NCBI GenBank assembly: GCA_965206695.1
Contig: CBDBKM010000010.1
Location: forward strand, 96,001 to 160,000
Direction: 5' to 3'
Source of the DNA: Chlamydiales bacterium
GTDB lineage: Bacteria; Chlamydiota; Chlamydiia; Chlamydiales; JAAZZY01
Length of the DNA stretch: 64,000 nucleotides
Shown: positions 42,624 through 53,083 of the stretch, one piece after another
How positions within the stretch are numbered: the first letter of the stretch is position 1
Layout: the number at the start of each line of letters is the position of its first letter
Made by a program: the position numbers and the translations under genes
Notes under the pieces: generated by a model
The model's database searches: none
What the model was told of the DNA's origin: nothing
What the model saw: only the letters and a program-made list of their open reading frames with translations

Positions 42624-42670
42624 GGTGCAAAAACGGTGCAGTGAACAATAGTTTTACCGGTACTATCCAA
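42624..42670 (+). promoter_or_regulatory. Putative tyrosine-integrase arm-type site (right copy)
   Basis: GGTGCAaaaACGGTGCAGTGAAC...ACCGGTA...TCCAA, matching 27829-27876. Confidence 0.65.
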
Positions 42671-42708
42671 TCTTTTGATTTACCAAAATAATTAAAGAGA
42701 GGCATAGT

Positions 42709-43353
42709 ATGGCATCAATTTTCAAAAGAAAAACCATTACCGGAAGCATTTGGAGAGCTGTTATTAGACTAAAAGGTTTCCCAACTACCGGCCAATCGTT
42801 TGACCGTAAACAAAAGGCTGAAGATTGGGCACATGAAACAGAAAGAAAAATTAAATCCGGTCGTTTTAATTTCTCCTACCATAAAAATAAGCATACCTTT
42901 TCACTATTAATGGAGCGTTATACTTCTGACGGAGCTTTAGAGTATCATCGTTCTGTTAGAGATACCTTAAGACATTTACAATATTGGAATCAACGGATTG
43001 GCTCCTATGCCCTTTGTCATATTAACTCGGAGCTCATAAGTAAAGAGCGTAAATATTTATTAGAAACAGATACGAAATATGGTAAAAAATGTACTCCGGG
43101 TACTGTCAACCGCTATTTTTCTACTTTATCGTCTATTTTAACATATGCCGTCAAGCACTTGCATTGGATTGATCAAAACCCCTGTAATAAATTATTAAAA
43201 TTAAAAGAGTCTTCCGGTAGAGATCGTTATTTATCTGATGAAGAAGCTATCCTATTATTACAGGTCTGTAAAGAATATCGTCATCCTTATATATATGCTA
43301 TTGTTTTAATAGCTCTTACTACAGGGGCTGGAAAAGGAGAAATCCTGGGTTTA
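42709..43353 (+). pseudogene. Tyrosine integrase, 3'-truncated by IS630
   Basis: MASIFKRK..WRAVIR.KG arm-binding N-terminus, TVNRY, NP, RDRYLS, ALTTGAGKGEI (the catalytic Arg position is Gly); ends at the IS TA. Confidence 0.88.
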
Positions 43354-44287
43354 TAGTATTTTAATTTTTATTTGATAACATGTTATCCTTCTTTTTTTAT
43401 ACAAACAGTAAGGACAAAACAATGCCTAGAGCCTATTCAGTAGATCTTCGAGAGAAAGTATTACAACATATAGAAAAACATCATGATAAAAAAACAGCCG
43501 GCCATATTTTTCAAGTAGGTATCGCAACAATATATCGATGGATCTTGCAAAAAAAGCAAAAAGGACATTTAAAGCCAATCCGCAGAAAATATGCTTATAA
43601 GAAATTAGATGATGAGTTGTTATCTAAATATGTAGAAAAACATCCGGATTATTTTTTATCGGAAATTGCTGATTATTTTTCAGTCACTCCGCAAACGATT
43701 TTTTATGCCCTTAAAAGATTAAAAATTACACGAAAAAAAAACTACTCGCTATAAGGAAAGAGATGAAAAGAAACGGGAAGCTTTTATGAAAGATTTAAAA
43801 AATATTCCCTTTGACAAGAGAATTTATCTCGATGAAACCGGGATTCATCAATTTTTATTTCGTGAGTCCGGAAGAACCTTACGCGGCAAAAAAGTTTTTG
43901 GAGCGGTTTCAGGAAACCGCTTTATAAGGCAAAATATTATTTCAGCCCTATCTAAAGGGCAGTTTTTATCTCCAATGTGTTTTGAAGGTACTTGTAATAC
44001 CGGGTTATTCAATATTTGGCTTAAGGAAGTTTTGACTCCTCAGCTTACACCCGGTAGTGTTCTTATTCTTGACAATGCCGGTTTTCACAAGTCAGCGGAA
44101 AGCAGGAAAATAGTAGAATCTGCCGGTTGTAAGCTTATGTTTCTTCCTCCCTATTCTCCGGACTTAAATCCTATAGAAAAATATTGGGCTAATATGAAAA
44201 ATAAAGTTAGAGAGATATTACGAAAAGTTACGAATTTTACATTCGCCATTGATCAAGCAATCTTATCAATGTAAAATTAAATGACTA
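43354..44287 (+). mobile_element. IS630-family element type B, copy 4 (A9 at the slippery site)
   Basis: Same TIRs, TA flanks; flanks are integrase (left) and tnpB (right). Confidence 0.95.
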
Positions 44288-44289
44288 TA

Positions 44290-44525
44290 AGGGTATTACA
44301 CAAATTTGTAGCAGATACATTTTTTAAGAATAGCTTCTCTTTTTTTAGCTGTGTTAACTCTCTACTAAGACCAATCCAATTGATAGATTTTTTTTCTTCT
44401 TGATACAAAGAGCTTCTTCGTTTTAAAGCCCAATTGTATACAAATTTAGAACAACCAAACTCATGGGCCAATTGCCGTCTCTATTTGAGGGTTGGATAGA
44501 ATCTTAATTTGACAGCTTTCATCAT
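44290..44525 (-). pseudogene. tnpB: TnpB 5' fragment
   Basis: MMKAVKLRFYPTLK*RRQLAHEFGCSKFVYNWAL...LTQLKKE..FLKNVS, the typical TnpB N-terminal domain, with an internal stop. Confidence 0.88.
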
Positions 44526-44583
44526 AAATTCTTTATTTTAATCAACTAGTGTACCGTCCAAGCACCACCGCCGTCAATAATTA

Positions 44584-45723
44584 ACTCACCTTACGCAAAG
44601 GTGATGTAAAGAAAGTTTTTTCTCTAATTATGAGGAAAAAATATGTCAAAACAGCTCCCGGATATATATACAGATTACCTTATCAGCCAAAACCAATATG
44701 CTACGGCTACCGGACTTTCAGCTTTATTTAGATGGTGAGATCAGCCATAATAAAATTACTCGTTTTCTCAATAAGATAGAATTTTCAGGAAAAGATTTAT
44801 GGTGCTATGTAAAAGACACGCTGAAAAAATATTCAGGAGGTAAAGCCGGTGTTTTGATTATAGATGATTCTATCGAAGAGAAGCCTTAATACGGATGAAA
44901 ATGATATTATTGCATGGCATTTTTCTCATGCTAAAGGTCGGTGTATCAAAGGGGTTAACATTTTATCTACTCTTGTTCGTTATGATGACATTGCATTTCC
45001 TATCGGATATGAAGTCATATCTAAAACAGTACGTTTTTGTGATATCAAAACCAACAAGGAAACAAGAAAATCCGATGTCACTAAAAATGAATTATTTCAA
45101 AAACAAATAAAGCAAGCTATACGGAATCAGGTCAAGTTTGATTATATTCTTGCAGATAATTGGTTTGGAGCTAAAAAAAATAGGGAGTTTATTCATTATG
45201 ATACAGATAAGAAATTTATTTTAGGCATGAAGTCCAACAGACTCATCGCTTTCTCAGAAGAAGCAAGAAAAAAAGGTCAGTATCACAATCTTGAATCGGT
45301 TAATTTCAAGGATGGAGAAAAAAAGATAGTCCGGCTTAAAGATTTATCTTTTCCCGTTTCCTTAGTGAAAAAAGTCTTCAAAAACGAAGATAATTCCACG
45401 GGGACTCTATACCTTGTGAGCAACGACTTAAACCATGATGCTGACTCACTCTATGAGATCTACAAAAAACGGTGGAGAATAGAAGAGTATCACAAATCTA
45501 TTAAGCAAAATGCAAGCCTTGCAAAATCGCCTACCAAGGTTGAAAGATCTCAAAAAAACCATATTTTTGCATCTCTCATATCTTATTGCAAGCCGGAATT
45601 TTTAAAAATTAAAACCTATCTTAACCATTTTGCCCTAAAATACAAATTATTGATCAAAGCAAATCAGCCTACCTTTCATGAGCCGGAAAAATGATATGCT
45701 ATTTGATTTTGCGTAACATGAGT
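44584..45723 (+). mobile_element. IS701-family element (second type), frameshifted transposase
   Basis: TIR ACTCACCTTACGCAAA / TTTGCGTAACATGAGT; AATTA duplication; IIDDSIEEKP, LADNWF, RWRIEEYH. Confidence 0.9.
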
Positions 45724-45831
45724 AATTAATGTGCTTTTCGTTCTTCTGTTTCGCAACCGTCACTCGCGGGTCGACTGCATCCGTGCAGTCTTCATGGGGA
45801 TGTTTGTTTTTATTTTACCTTTTCTTGCCAT

Positions 45832-46174
45832 AATTGATTTTGGGCTACCGGGAAGGTATCCTAAATTATATACGATCAATTGAATCGTTTGCGGAAGTGT
45901 CCGGTTAGAAAAATGGGTGTGAGACTGCTTAATTAGATGAATACGTTCCGGAATTGCATTAGAAAGAGAATCTTCTAATTTTTTATGGGTTGATGTTATT
46001 GCCGCAGGTCGGATATCATAAGCAAAGACATTGCCCTTTTGAGGCGATAGAACACAATTTGCAAGAAAAAGGGTATCGTGGCCATTACCACAGGTAGCAT
46101 CAATTACGAAAGACAGTAAGGATTTCCGGTATTGATGCTAATTTAATATGGGGTTTATAACAATCTGAATTCAT
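45832..46174 (-). pseudogene. YtqB/MnmM-like SAM methyltransferase remnant
   Basis: VIDATCGNGHDTLFLA...AYDI...SH...YNLGYLPG; frameshifted N-terminus from ATG 46174; C-terminal third missing. Confidence 0.85.
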
Positions 46175-46388
46175 AATTCCACTAATTTAACAATAATAAC
46201 CTTTAAAAATAAAATCATTTATTCTATTAAACCCTTCTCTTGTTTCTCAAGAACTTCTTTGCGTTAACTTAATTTTTTTTAATAATAAGAAACTGTTTTT
46301 TAGTAATAATAGAATTTAATCTGCTTGAAAAAAAATATTGTTTCGACTAAAATCTCCTTAGTTGAAAATTTGTTTATCAGGATAAAAT

Positions 46389-46462
46389 GGGATATTAGCT
46401 CAGTTGGTTAGAGCGCCACGTTGACATCGTGGAGGTCAGCTGTTCGAGTCAGCTATATCCCA
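46389..46462 (+). tRNA. tRNA-Val(GAC)
   Basis: Full cloverleaf; anticodon arm CCACG-TTGACAT-CGTGG; T-arm AGCTG-TTCGAGT-CAGCT. Confidence 0.97.
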
Positions 46463-46487
46463 TCATTCTTAATTATTATTTAGCTAC

Positions 46488-48188
46488 ATGACCAATAAAA
46501 ACATTTCTTTAGAATCCCTGTCTCTTTCTGCCACAGAGGTATTAGCTTGTTCCGTTACGGAACTATATCCAAAAGTTCATCTTATTGATGGTTTTGTGAA
46601 TGAGGAGGGTTTCCATTACGACTTTATTTTTAACCGGCCCTTTTATGAATCCTATCTCCAATCAATTGAGGATTATATGCATCAATTGATCAGAGAAAAG
46701 CATGAGATTCATGTAATGGAGATGATGAAAGAAAATGCGATGGAACTCTTTAGACATTTTAATCAGCCTTTAAAAGTTTCCATATTAAGCCAAATGAAAC
46801 AAAATATTGTTTCCTTAATTCGGTTAAAGGAATTTCATGATTTGTGTCCTAGGCTTGATATAGGGCATACGGGTAATATTGCATTTTTTAAAATCGTAAC
46901 ATTTAAAGAGATGGAAAAGGTTGTTACGGGGAAAAAAGTCAATATTATTCGTGTTAGTGGCTACGCATCGTCGGCTTCCAAAAATTTAAAAGAAGTATTA
47001 AAAAATAAAATTTTAACGAAAAAATTTCATCATCTAATCACAGGAGAAAATCAAAAATTATTCTATGAAAAAGGGAATCTTAAAACCGGTGCATATTCGT
47101 GGGCACCAAATGGAGCCGTTCTTTTTCAAAAATTAATTACCTTCTGGCAGACTGAGTTACAACAACTACAATTCGAACCGATTATTACCGGGCCTTTTAA
47201 AATTTCTTTTAGTGAAGAATCAGCTGCACAAACATGCCTAATAAGCTCATTACCGCTTAAAGTATACCAAGAAAAAATAGCGGATTATATCCCAATATTT
47301 ATCTCCGGTTTACCCACTCTGAAACATCAACCAATCAGGTTATATGAATGTAAGGCAATTGCATATGACAATCGAAATTCATATTATACAGGCCTTTTTG
47401 CAGCCACTTCCCAGCATGTGGATCATTTTGTGACATTATGTACTGAAAATCATCTATACGATGAACTGATTTCTTCCTTGCAATTCATTGAAAAAACAAT
47501 TAAAATATTTGGATTTTCATGTAAATTACGATTTTCATCGAAATTCGCTTATAGAGGTGATGTACGACATGCTCAAAGATGTTCGAACATTTTAAAAAAT
47601 GTTCTTGATGATAGTGGCATGAATTACCCGGTTAGTGATCGTGAAGAAGATGATTTTTCCGGTCCTCGAATTAAATTTGTATTAAAGGATTCACTAAAGC
47701 GAAAGTGGGAGGGGCCGTCATTAGGTGTCGATTTGGCGATATCAATGCAGAAAAACTTGGTAGACTTAAGTTCTTTTGATAAGAAAGCGTTACCGGTTTT
47801 AATTGTGGGTTCTTTCTTTTGTTCAATTGAGCGGTTTATAGCTATTTATTTAGAGCATTGTCGGGCTGAAGCCTTACCCTTGTGGTTAGCTCCTGAACAA
47901 ATAAGAATTTTACCGTTAAAACAATCGCATTTTAATGATGCGGTAGATCTGCAGAAAAAGTTGAAATTTCATGATTTACGTGTTAGAATTGATGCTAAAG
48001 CAGAAAAGTTGAATATGAGAATGCATGAAGCCTTTACAGAAAAGATTCCATATACGATCGTTATAGGGGATAATGAAAAGGCAACCAATAAGTTAACGGT
48101 TCGTTCTTTGAATGCACAACATTCAAAAAAAATGGACCGAGCTGAATTTATCAGCCGTTTAAGCCAAGAAAATTCACGGTTTAGATAA
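46488..48188 (+). CDS. Threonyl-tRNA synthetase-like protein with degenerate catalytic motifs
   Basis: GFHYDF, DLCP, SIERF, LPLWLAPEQ, KIPY..VIGD.E; lacks the TGS domain and the KPMNCP, motif-2 and HRA residues. Confidence 0.85.
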   Translation: MTNKNISLESLSLSATEVLACSVTELYPKVHLIDGFVNEEGFHYDFIFNRPFYESYLQSIEDYMHQLIREKHEIHVMEMMKENAMELFRHFNQPLKVSILSQMKQNIVSLIRLKEFHDLCPRLDIGHTGNIAFFKIVTFKEMEKVVTGKKVNIIRVSGYASSASKNLKEVLKNKILTKKFHHLITGENQKLFYEKGNLKTGAYSWAPNGAVLFQKLITFWQTELQQLQFEPIITGPFKISFSEESAAQTCLISSLPLKVYQEKIADYIPIFISGLPTLKHQPIRLYECKAIAYDNRNSYYTGLFAATSQHVDHFVTLCTENHLYDELISSLQFIEKTIKIFGFSCKLRFSSKFAYRGDVRHAQRCSNILKNVLDDSGMNYPVSDREEDDFSGPRIKFVLKDSLKRKWEGPSLGVDLAISMQKNLVDLSSFDKKALPVLIVGSFFCSIERFIAIYLEHCRAEALPLWLAPEQIRILPLKQSHFNDAVDLQKKLKFHDLRVRIDAKAEKLNMRMHEAFTEKIPYTIVIGDNEKATNKLTVRSLNAQHSKKMDRAEFISRLSQENSRFR

Positions 48189-48219
48189 TGATACTTGGAT
48201 AATAGCAAAGAGGACGACA

Positions 48220-48723
48220 TTGAGAATTAATAGAAAAATACGAGAAAAAGAAGTTCGCTTAATTGATCAATATGGTGGACAAGTCGGAGTGGTTGATATT
48301 GAAACGGCTTTGAAGATGGCAGAAAATGTGGGTCTTGATTTGCTCGAAATTTCAGCTAAATCTAATCCTCCTGTATGTAAAATTGTAGATTATGGAAAAT
48401 TTTGTTATAATCAGACAAAAAAAGAAAAAGAAAGCAAGAAATCTCAACATCAAATAAAAATTAAAGACGTTAAGTGTAAACCTAACATTGATGTCCATGA
48501 TTTGGAATATAAAATTAATCATGCAAAAGAATTTATTTCTAAAGGATATAAAGTTAGGGTTACCTGTATGTTTCGTGGTAGAGAAATGTTACATACAGAG
48601 GTCGGGAGAAGTGTTGTACAAAAGGTAATTGATAAACTGGAAGGGGTTGCTGTTCCTGAAGCGTCTTTAAAGATGATGGGGCGGAATCTCTCTGTTGTTT
48701 TAATACCTAATACAAAGAAGTAA
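48220..48723 (+). CDS. infC: Translation initiation factor IF-3 (non-AUG start)
   Basis: [31 protein letters not shown] start after GAGG. Confidence 0.97.
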   Translation: MRINRKIREKEVRLIDQYGGQVGVVDIETALKMAENVGLDLLEISAKSNPPVCKIVDYGKFCYNQTKKEKESKKSQHQIKIKDVKCKPNIDVHDLEYKINHAKEFISKGYKVRVTCMFRGREMLHTEVGRSVVQKVIDKLEGVAVPEASLKMMGRNLSVVLIPNTKK

Positions 48724-48754
48724 ATATTTTCGGACAAGAATAAGGAGTTTAATT

Positions 48755-48949
48755 GTGCCAAAAATGAAAACGAATAAGTCTGTAGCTTCGAGATTTTCAG
48801 TTACAGGGACAGGCAAACTTAAGCGTCGTAAACCGGGAAAGCGTCATATCTTAACAAAGAAGCCTTCTAAGCGTAAGCGTAGATTAGGTAAGCCAACTCT
48901 TGTTGATAAGAGTCAAGAAAAAGTGTATTTCCGTTTAATGGGTGCGTAA
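48755..48949 (+). CDS. rpmI: 50S ribosomal protein L35
   Basis: PKMKT.KS...RF..TGTGK...RHIL.KK; GTG start after AAGGAG. Confidence 0.97.
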   Translation: MPKMKTNKSVASRFSVTGTGKLKRRKPGKRHILTKKPSKRKRRLGKPTLVDKSQEKVYFRLMGA

Positions 48950-49046
48950 ATAAAGAAATAGCTAATGTAAATGAATAAATAATCAGTTTAATTTCTGATT
49001 GTAAGACATGTTTACCGGTTTTAATGAGTACTAGTGGAGAGGAATA

Positions 49047-49403
49047 ATGGTTAGAGTAACCAATGCAGTTGCATCTCGTCGTCGAAAAAAAAGAATTTTT
49101 AAACAAGCTAAAGGCTTTATTGGCGATCGCAAAAATCATTTGCGTTTAACGAGTGGTGCAGTTATGCGTGCTATGGCATTTAATTACCGCCATAGAAAGC
49201 AGAATAAAAGAAATTTCCGTCGTCTTTGGATTACACGTATTGGTATTGCAGCAAAGATTAATGGAATTTCATATAGTAAATTTATTGATGGCTTAAAAAG
49301 GGCTAAATGCGATTTGGATAGAAAAATGTTGGCTGATATGGCTATCAGAGATCCGGATGGTTTCGCCGCTGTTGCAGGAATGGCAAAAGAGGCATTAGCT
49401 TAA
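49047..49403 (+). CDS. rplT: 50S ribosomal protein L20
   Basis: MVRV..., AKGF.G, KRNFRRLWITRI, DRKMLADMA. Confidence 0.98.
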   Translation: MVRVTNAVASRRRKKRIFKQAKGFIGDRKNHLRLTSGAVMRAMAFNYRHRKQNKRNFRRLWITRIGIAAKINGISYSKFIDGLKRAKCDLDRKMLADMAIRDPDGFAAVAGMAKEALA

Positions 49404-49419
49404 GTTATCAAGTTTATCT

Positions 49420-49458
49420 AAACACCTTTTGAAATTTTCATTTCAAAAGGTGTTTTTT
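49420..49458. terminator. Intrinsic terminator, probably bidirectional
   Basis: AAACACCTTTTGAAAT-loop-ATTTCAAAAGGTGTTT followed by T's, between convergent genes. Confidence 0.8.
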
Positions 49459-50240
49459 ATCCATATACATCGATAGGGGAATGATTGATGTTTTTCTTCA
49501 CAAAAACCCAGCTCTGCTTCATCTCCTTGTTTAACCTCTATAAGAGTAAGAGTAGTTACCGGTGTTCCCGGTCCTTCATTAGATTTATACATCACTAAAC
49601 TATTATTCTCTAAATTAAACCAAATCTCTGCGTGCCAGAACATACTCATAAAACCGGTTAAAGTGATTCTAATTTTTTGAACTTTTATTTCCTTTCCCAT
49701 TATAGTTAAGGTCTCGATTTTTTCTTTTTTTGCGATCATTTTGATAGGGTGGAAATTTGTGGGATTTATAAAGTAAAACACTAAAGATTTATCCGATGAA
49801 ATAGCAAAGGGCTTAAATCCAAATCCGAACTGCTGGACCCAAGGTCGTTTTCCCAATTTTATCTTTTTTGTTGTAAATGTTCCTTCAATGTCACCTTCAG
49901 CAGTTAGAGTCTTACCTTTTAAGGTCATTTTATATTTCATTTTATTTTGTGATTGTTTGCTAAGTGATGTAATAAGGTAATTCTCTGAACAAACGAGTCT
50001 TATAGTTCCGAAGGGATTATCAAAAATAACATGATAGGAATCATGTGTTTTTTCTAAATTCCAGATCGTCTTATGATGTTCACCTTCTGTTTCTTCATCA
50101 AAGATATACGATACTGTATACGCATACATTGGAGAAGTAAAAAAAATGCAAAATAATAGCGTTAAAACCTTTTTCCTCAACATGATAAGATCAGGCATCT
50201 TGCTTGAGTTAACCTGCCTAATTGTACTTATAGCGATCAT
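49443..50240 (-). CDS. Putative secreted beta-rich hypothetical protein
   Basis: Signal-peptide-like RKKVLTLLFCIFFTSPMYA; the true start is probably an internal Met. Confidence 0.65.
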   Translation of the reverse strand: MIAISTIRQVNSSKMPDLIMLRKKVLTLLFCIFFTSPMYAYTVSYIFDEETEGEHHKTIWNLEKTHDSYHVIFDNPFGTIRLVCSENYLITSLSKQSQNKMKYKMTLKGKTLTAEGDIEGTFTTKKIKLGKRPWVQQFGFGFKPFAISSDKSLVFYFINPTNFHPIKMIAKKEKIETLTIMGKEIKVQKIRITLTGFMSMFWHAEIWFNLENNSLVMYKSNEGPGTPVTTLTLIEVKQGDEAELGFCEEKHQSFPYRCIWIKNTF

Positions 50241-50380
50241 CTGTATTTTTATCTAGAATTAATAATTAAAATTTTAATTATTAATAAAGTATTTATTTAA
50301 GATATTAAGAAATTCAATAAAATGTATTGTTTTGGTGAATTATTATAAAATTTTATATATATATATGGAGATGATGTCTT

Positions 50381-51638
50381 GCCTTTTCAACTATGAAGTG
50401 CAACAAATAAGCACCTTATTATACCTCAAATTTCTTTGATTGAAAACCTCTATAGGCATTTTAAAATTCAAATCTTTTTACTTCTTCATCCGTTACTTTT
50501 GATCAATCAGTTTTTTTAGGGAGATACTGTCTGACAAGTCCATTTGTATGTTCATTCAATCCTCTTTCCCGGGAGCGATAGGGTTTAGCAAAATAAAACT
50601 CTGCGTTAAGTTTTGCACGAACCTCTTTATGCCCGGAACATTTTCAACCGTTATCTGTCGTTAATGTATACACCTTGTCCTTAATAACCTGAGTTTTGGG
50701 TTTAAGTCATTAACATTTAATTGATAGTATGGATAAAAGCTACCCTATTTCACAAATATAAGCGAGTACTGCGGACAATAACAAGTTTTTTTTAAAATAA
50801 AAATCAAGTTATCTATTTTGGATACAATAGGATAAATCTAAAATTTCAGGGTATAAAACCTAAAACTCAGGTTAATAAGCTCTAAACGTTCAATTAAAGC
50901 ATTAGCAACACCATGAGCCTGCTTAGTCTATTGTATATTTAGAAGCTCCGGCAACAATAGAGACAAGCACCCCTTTATAATTTCTTCCTATTATTGTATC
51001 GCATTCAAAATCTCCTATCCTTGTTTTCATATCGACAATCTCAGGTCTTTCATCACTATCAATCCTATTGAGAATATATCCACGGCCTGTTTTGACAGAA
51101 CCTCGTTTGTTATACTTCTTACCCTGATGTCTTAAATTCTTATATAAACGGCCTCTATTTTGTTGATCTTTCCAAATATGACGATAGATACTTTCATGGC
51201 CGGTAAAAAGCCCATTCTCTTTTAATCTGCCGGATATTTGAACAGGACTCCACTGAAACCTTAACCTATTTTCTATGGCCGGACCTATTTCAGAAGTCAT
51301 TTTTTTCTTTATACTACTTGCTTTTAATCGCCTGTTTTCTGATCTGATTTGAGCTGCAATATGAATATATCTACCTTGAAAAGGGTTTCTTTGCAGCTCT
51401 CTATAAATAGTAGATTGATCAACTCTTATTTTATAAACAATATAATCTACAGAATCTCCTCTTTGTTTTAATGCATATATTCGGCATCTTTGTTCATAGG
51501 TTACATGGTGATAGCCTTTAGGCATAAAAATCCCTCTATAGTTAATTAGTCTTTTCAAAAATTAACTATATAGATTTTATCATCATTTAACCATTTTCAC
51601 ATTTCTCCTATTTGTTGCACTTCGATGTTGAAAGGACC
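50381..51638 (-). mobile_element. IS30-family element, decayed
   Basis: TIR CCTTT(T)CAAC..GAAGTGCAACAAATA at both ends; WSPVQISGRL, GDFECDT, TLTTDNG; stops and frameshifts. Confidence 0.88.
50687..50872. mobile_element. MITE (186 bp) with ACCTGAGTTTT TIRs (IS982-like) inserted in the IS30 transposase
   Basis: ACCTGAGTTTTGGGTTT / AAACCTAAAACTCAGGT; TAATA duplication; removal restores RLELIKDKVYTLTTDNG. Confidence 0.88.
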
Positions 51639-51661
51639 TTTTCTTATATAATACTTATTAA

Positions 51662-51778
51662 AGATCTCTGCATAACTTATTGATTTAGTCGTCAATTTGT
51701 CAAAAATATATTTATAATGTCTTTAACTTACACCTGAAGGTTCGATTGTGATTAAAAATGTAAGTTATGCAGAGGTCT
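51662..51778. mobile_element. MITE (117 bp), same TIR family as 532-701
   Basis: AGATCTCTGCATAACTTA ... TAAGTTATGCAGAGGTCT. Confidence 0.75.
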
Positions 51779-51843
51779 TTATCTACCCGGCTTTATGGAT
51801 TTTTAAGATATTTTCGCCAAAACAGTAACCGATAACTTATTCG

Positions 51844-51985
51844 ATGACCGAAGAATTGTATAACGTACTCCCCAAACACAAAGAAGAGGAGTGGCATTCG
51901 CTATATACTAGCATTAAAGAAAAAGGTTAAAATAGATGGACACCATCGTTATAAAGCTTGTTTAGATTTAGGCAAAGATCCGATC
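51844..51985 (+). pseudogene. ParB-like nuclease domain remnant
   Basis: EEEWHSLYTSIKEKG then (other frame) IDGHHRYKACLDLG; cut by IS630. Confidence 0.6.
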
Positions 51986-51987
51986 TA

Positions 51988-53081
51988 TACCCCTTATGAA
52001 TCAAAGTGCCGATTCTAAGACTTGAAAATGATCATTGATTCGTTTCCTCATTGATTGAGCAATAGAGGGCCAAGTATTTTCAAAAAATCCGGTAATCGAT
52101 CTCCGAAATTCTTTAGCAGAATTAAAAAACCGATTATTGCGACAATATTCATTCATCACTTTCCATAATCGTTCAATGGGATTGAGGTTAGGACTGTAAG
52201 AAGGTAAATAATAGAGAATAATACCTTGTTTTTCTGCTTCTTGTTTGGTCTGAATACTTGTATTATAAGGGCCTTGATCTAAAATAAGATGGATATTTGG
52301 AGCTGAGGGGTATTTTGACCGTAGCAAAGCAAAATGCTTTGCCATGGTACCGCTATTTAAAGTTTCATAAGCATCTATTGTTACCTTCATACTGTTTAAA
52401 TTGATAGACCCCATAAGATTCATTCGAGTACGAGAAGCTGTTGTTGCAATCAATTTATCTGTTCCCGGTCGAATCCAACCATAAGAAATTTTAGTTGCCA
52501 TAGTTGGATGTACACCATCAGCAAATTCAACAGGCTCATTTTTAGGCAGAAATGCCATAAGCTTGGCGTAAAATTGCATCCAAGCTTTTTGTTGATCAGA
52601 ATTTGCCTTAGCCGGTGTACCTTTAGGCTTTTTATAGGAAAAACCATGTGAGTGTAGCTAAGAAGTCATCCCTGAAATCGTATAAACAATGCCATATTTC
52701 GCGAGAACATAAGAACAGATATCTTCTACTTTGACATAGGTATGAGTTGTTAAATGTTTAATGAATTCTTCTGACTGTGGCGCAAGAAGTTTACTGACTG
52801 AACCACCGCTTTCTACATGCAATTGCTGTTTATTTTGATATTCTTTAATGTGACGAGACACTGTTTCATCGTCTAAAAGCACAGCTTCAGCAATACGAGT
52901 ATTACTCCAACCTTTATTCGACAATAGAACAGCCTTGATACGATCTCGTATACGACCATTCTTTTCTCGTTTATGTTGCTGTCTGAGATGCTTTTCTTCT
53001 GATAGTGTTAAAAATGAATTCATACAAAATAATTTACACTATACGAATACAAAATATCCGGAGGTTTATTCGTGATGAGTA
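51988..53081 (-). mobile_element. IS630-family element type A, copy 3 (nonsense at codon 122)
   Basis: Same TIRs; TGG->TAG at 52658; abuts a truncated type B copy. Confidence 0.95.
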
Positions 53082-53083
53082 TA

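Noticed and set aside
10102..44287. Simple composite transposon carrying the 34 kb block
   Set aside because: The two boundary elements are different IS630 types and tnpB sequence is missing at the junction, so multiple events are needed.
46463..46487. T-box or thrS operator leader
   Set aside because: Only 25 AT-rich nt separate tRNA-Val from the ORF; no such structure fits.
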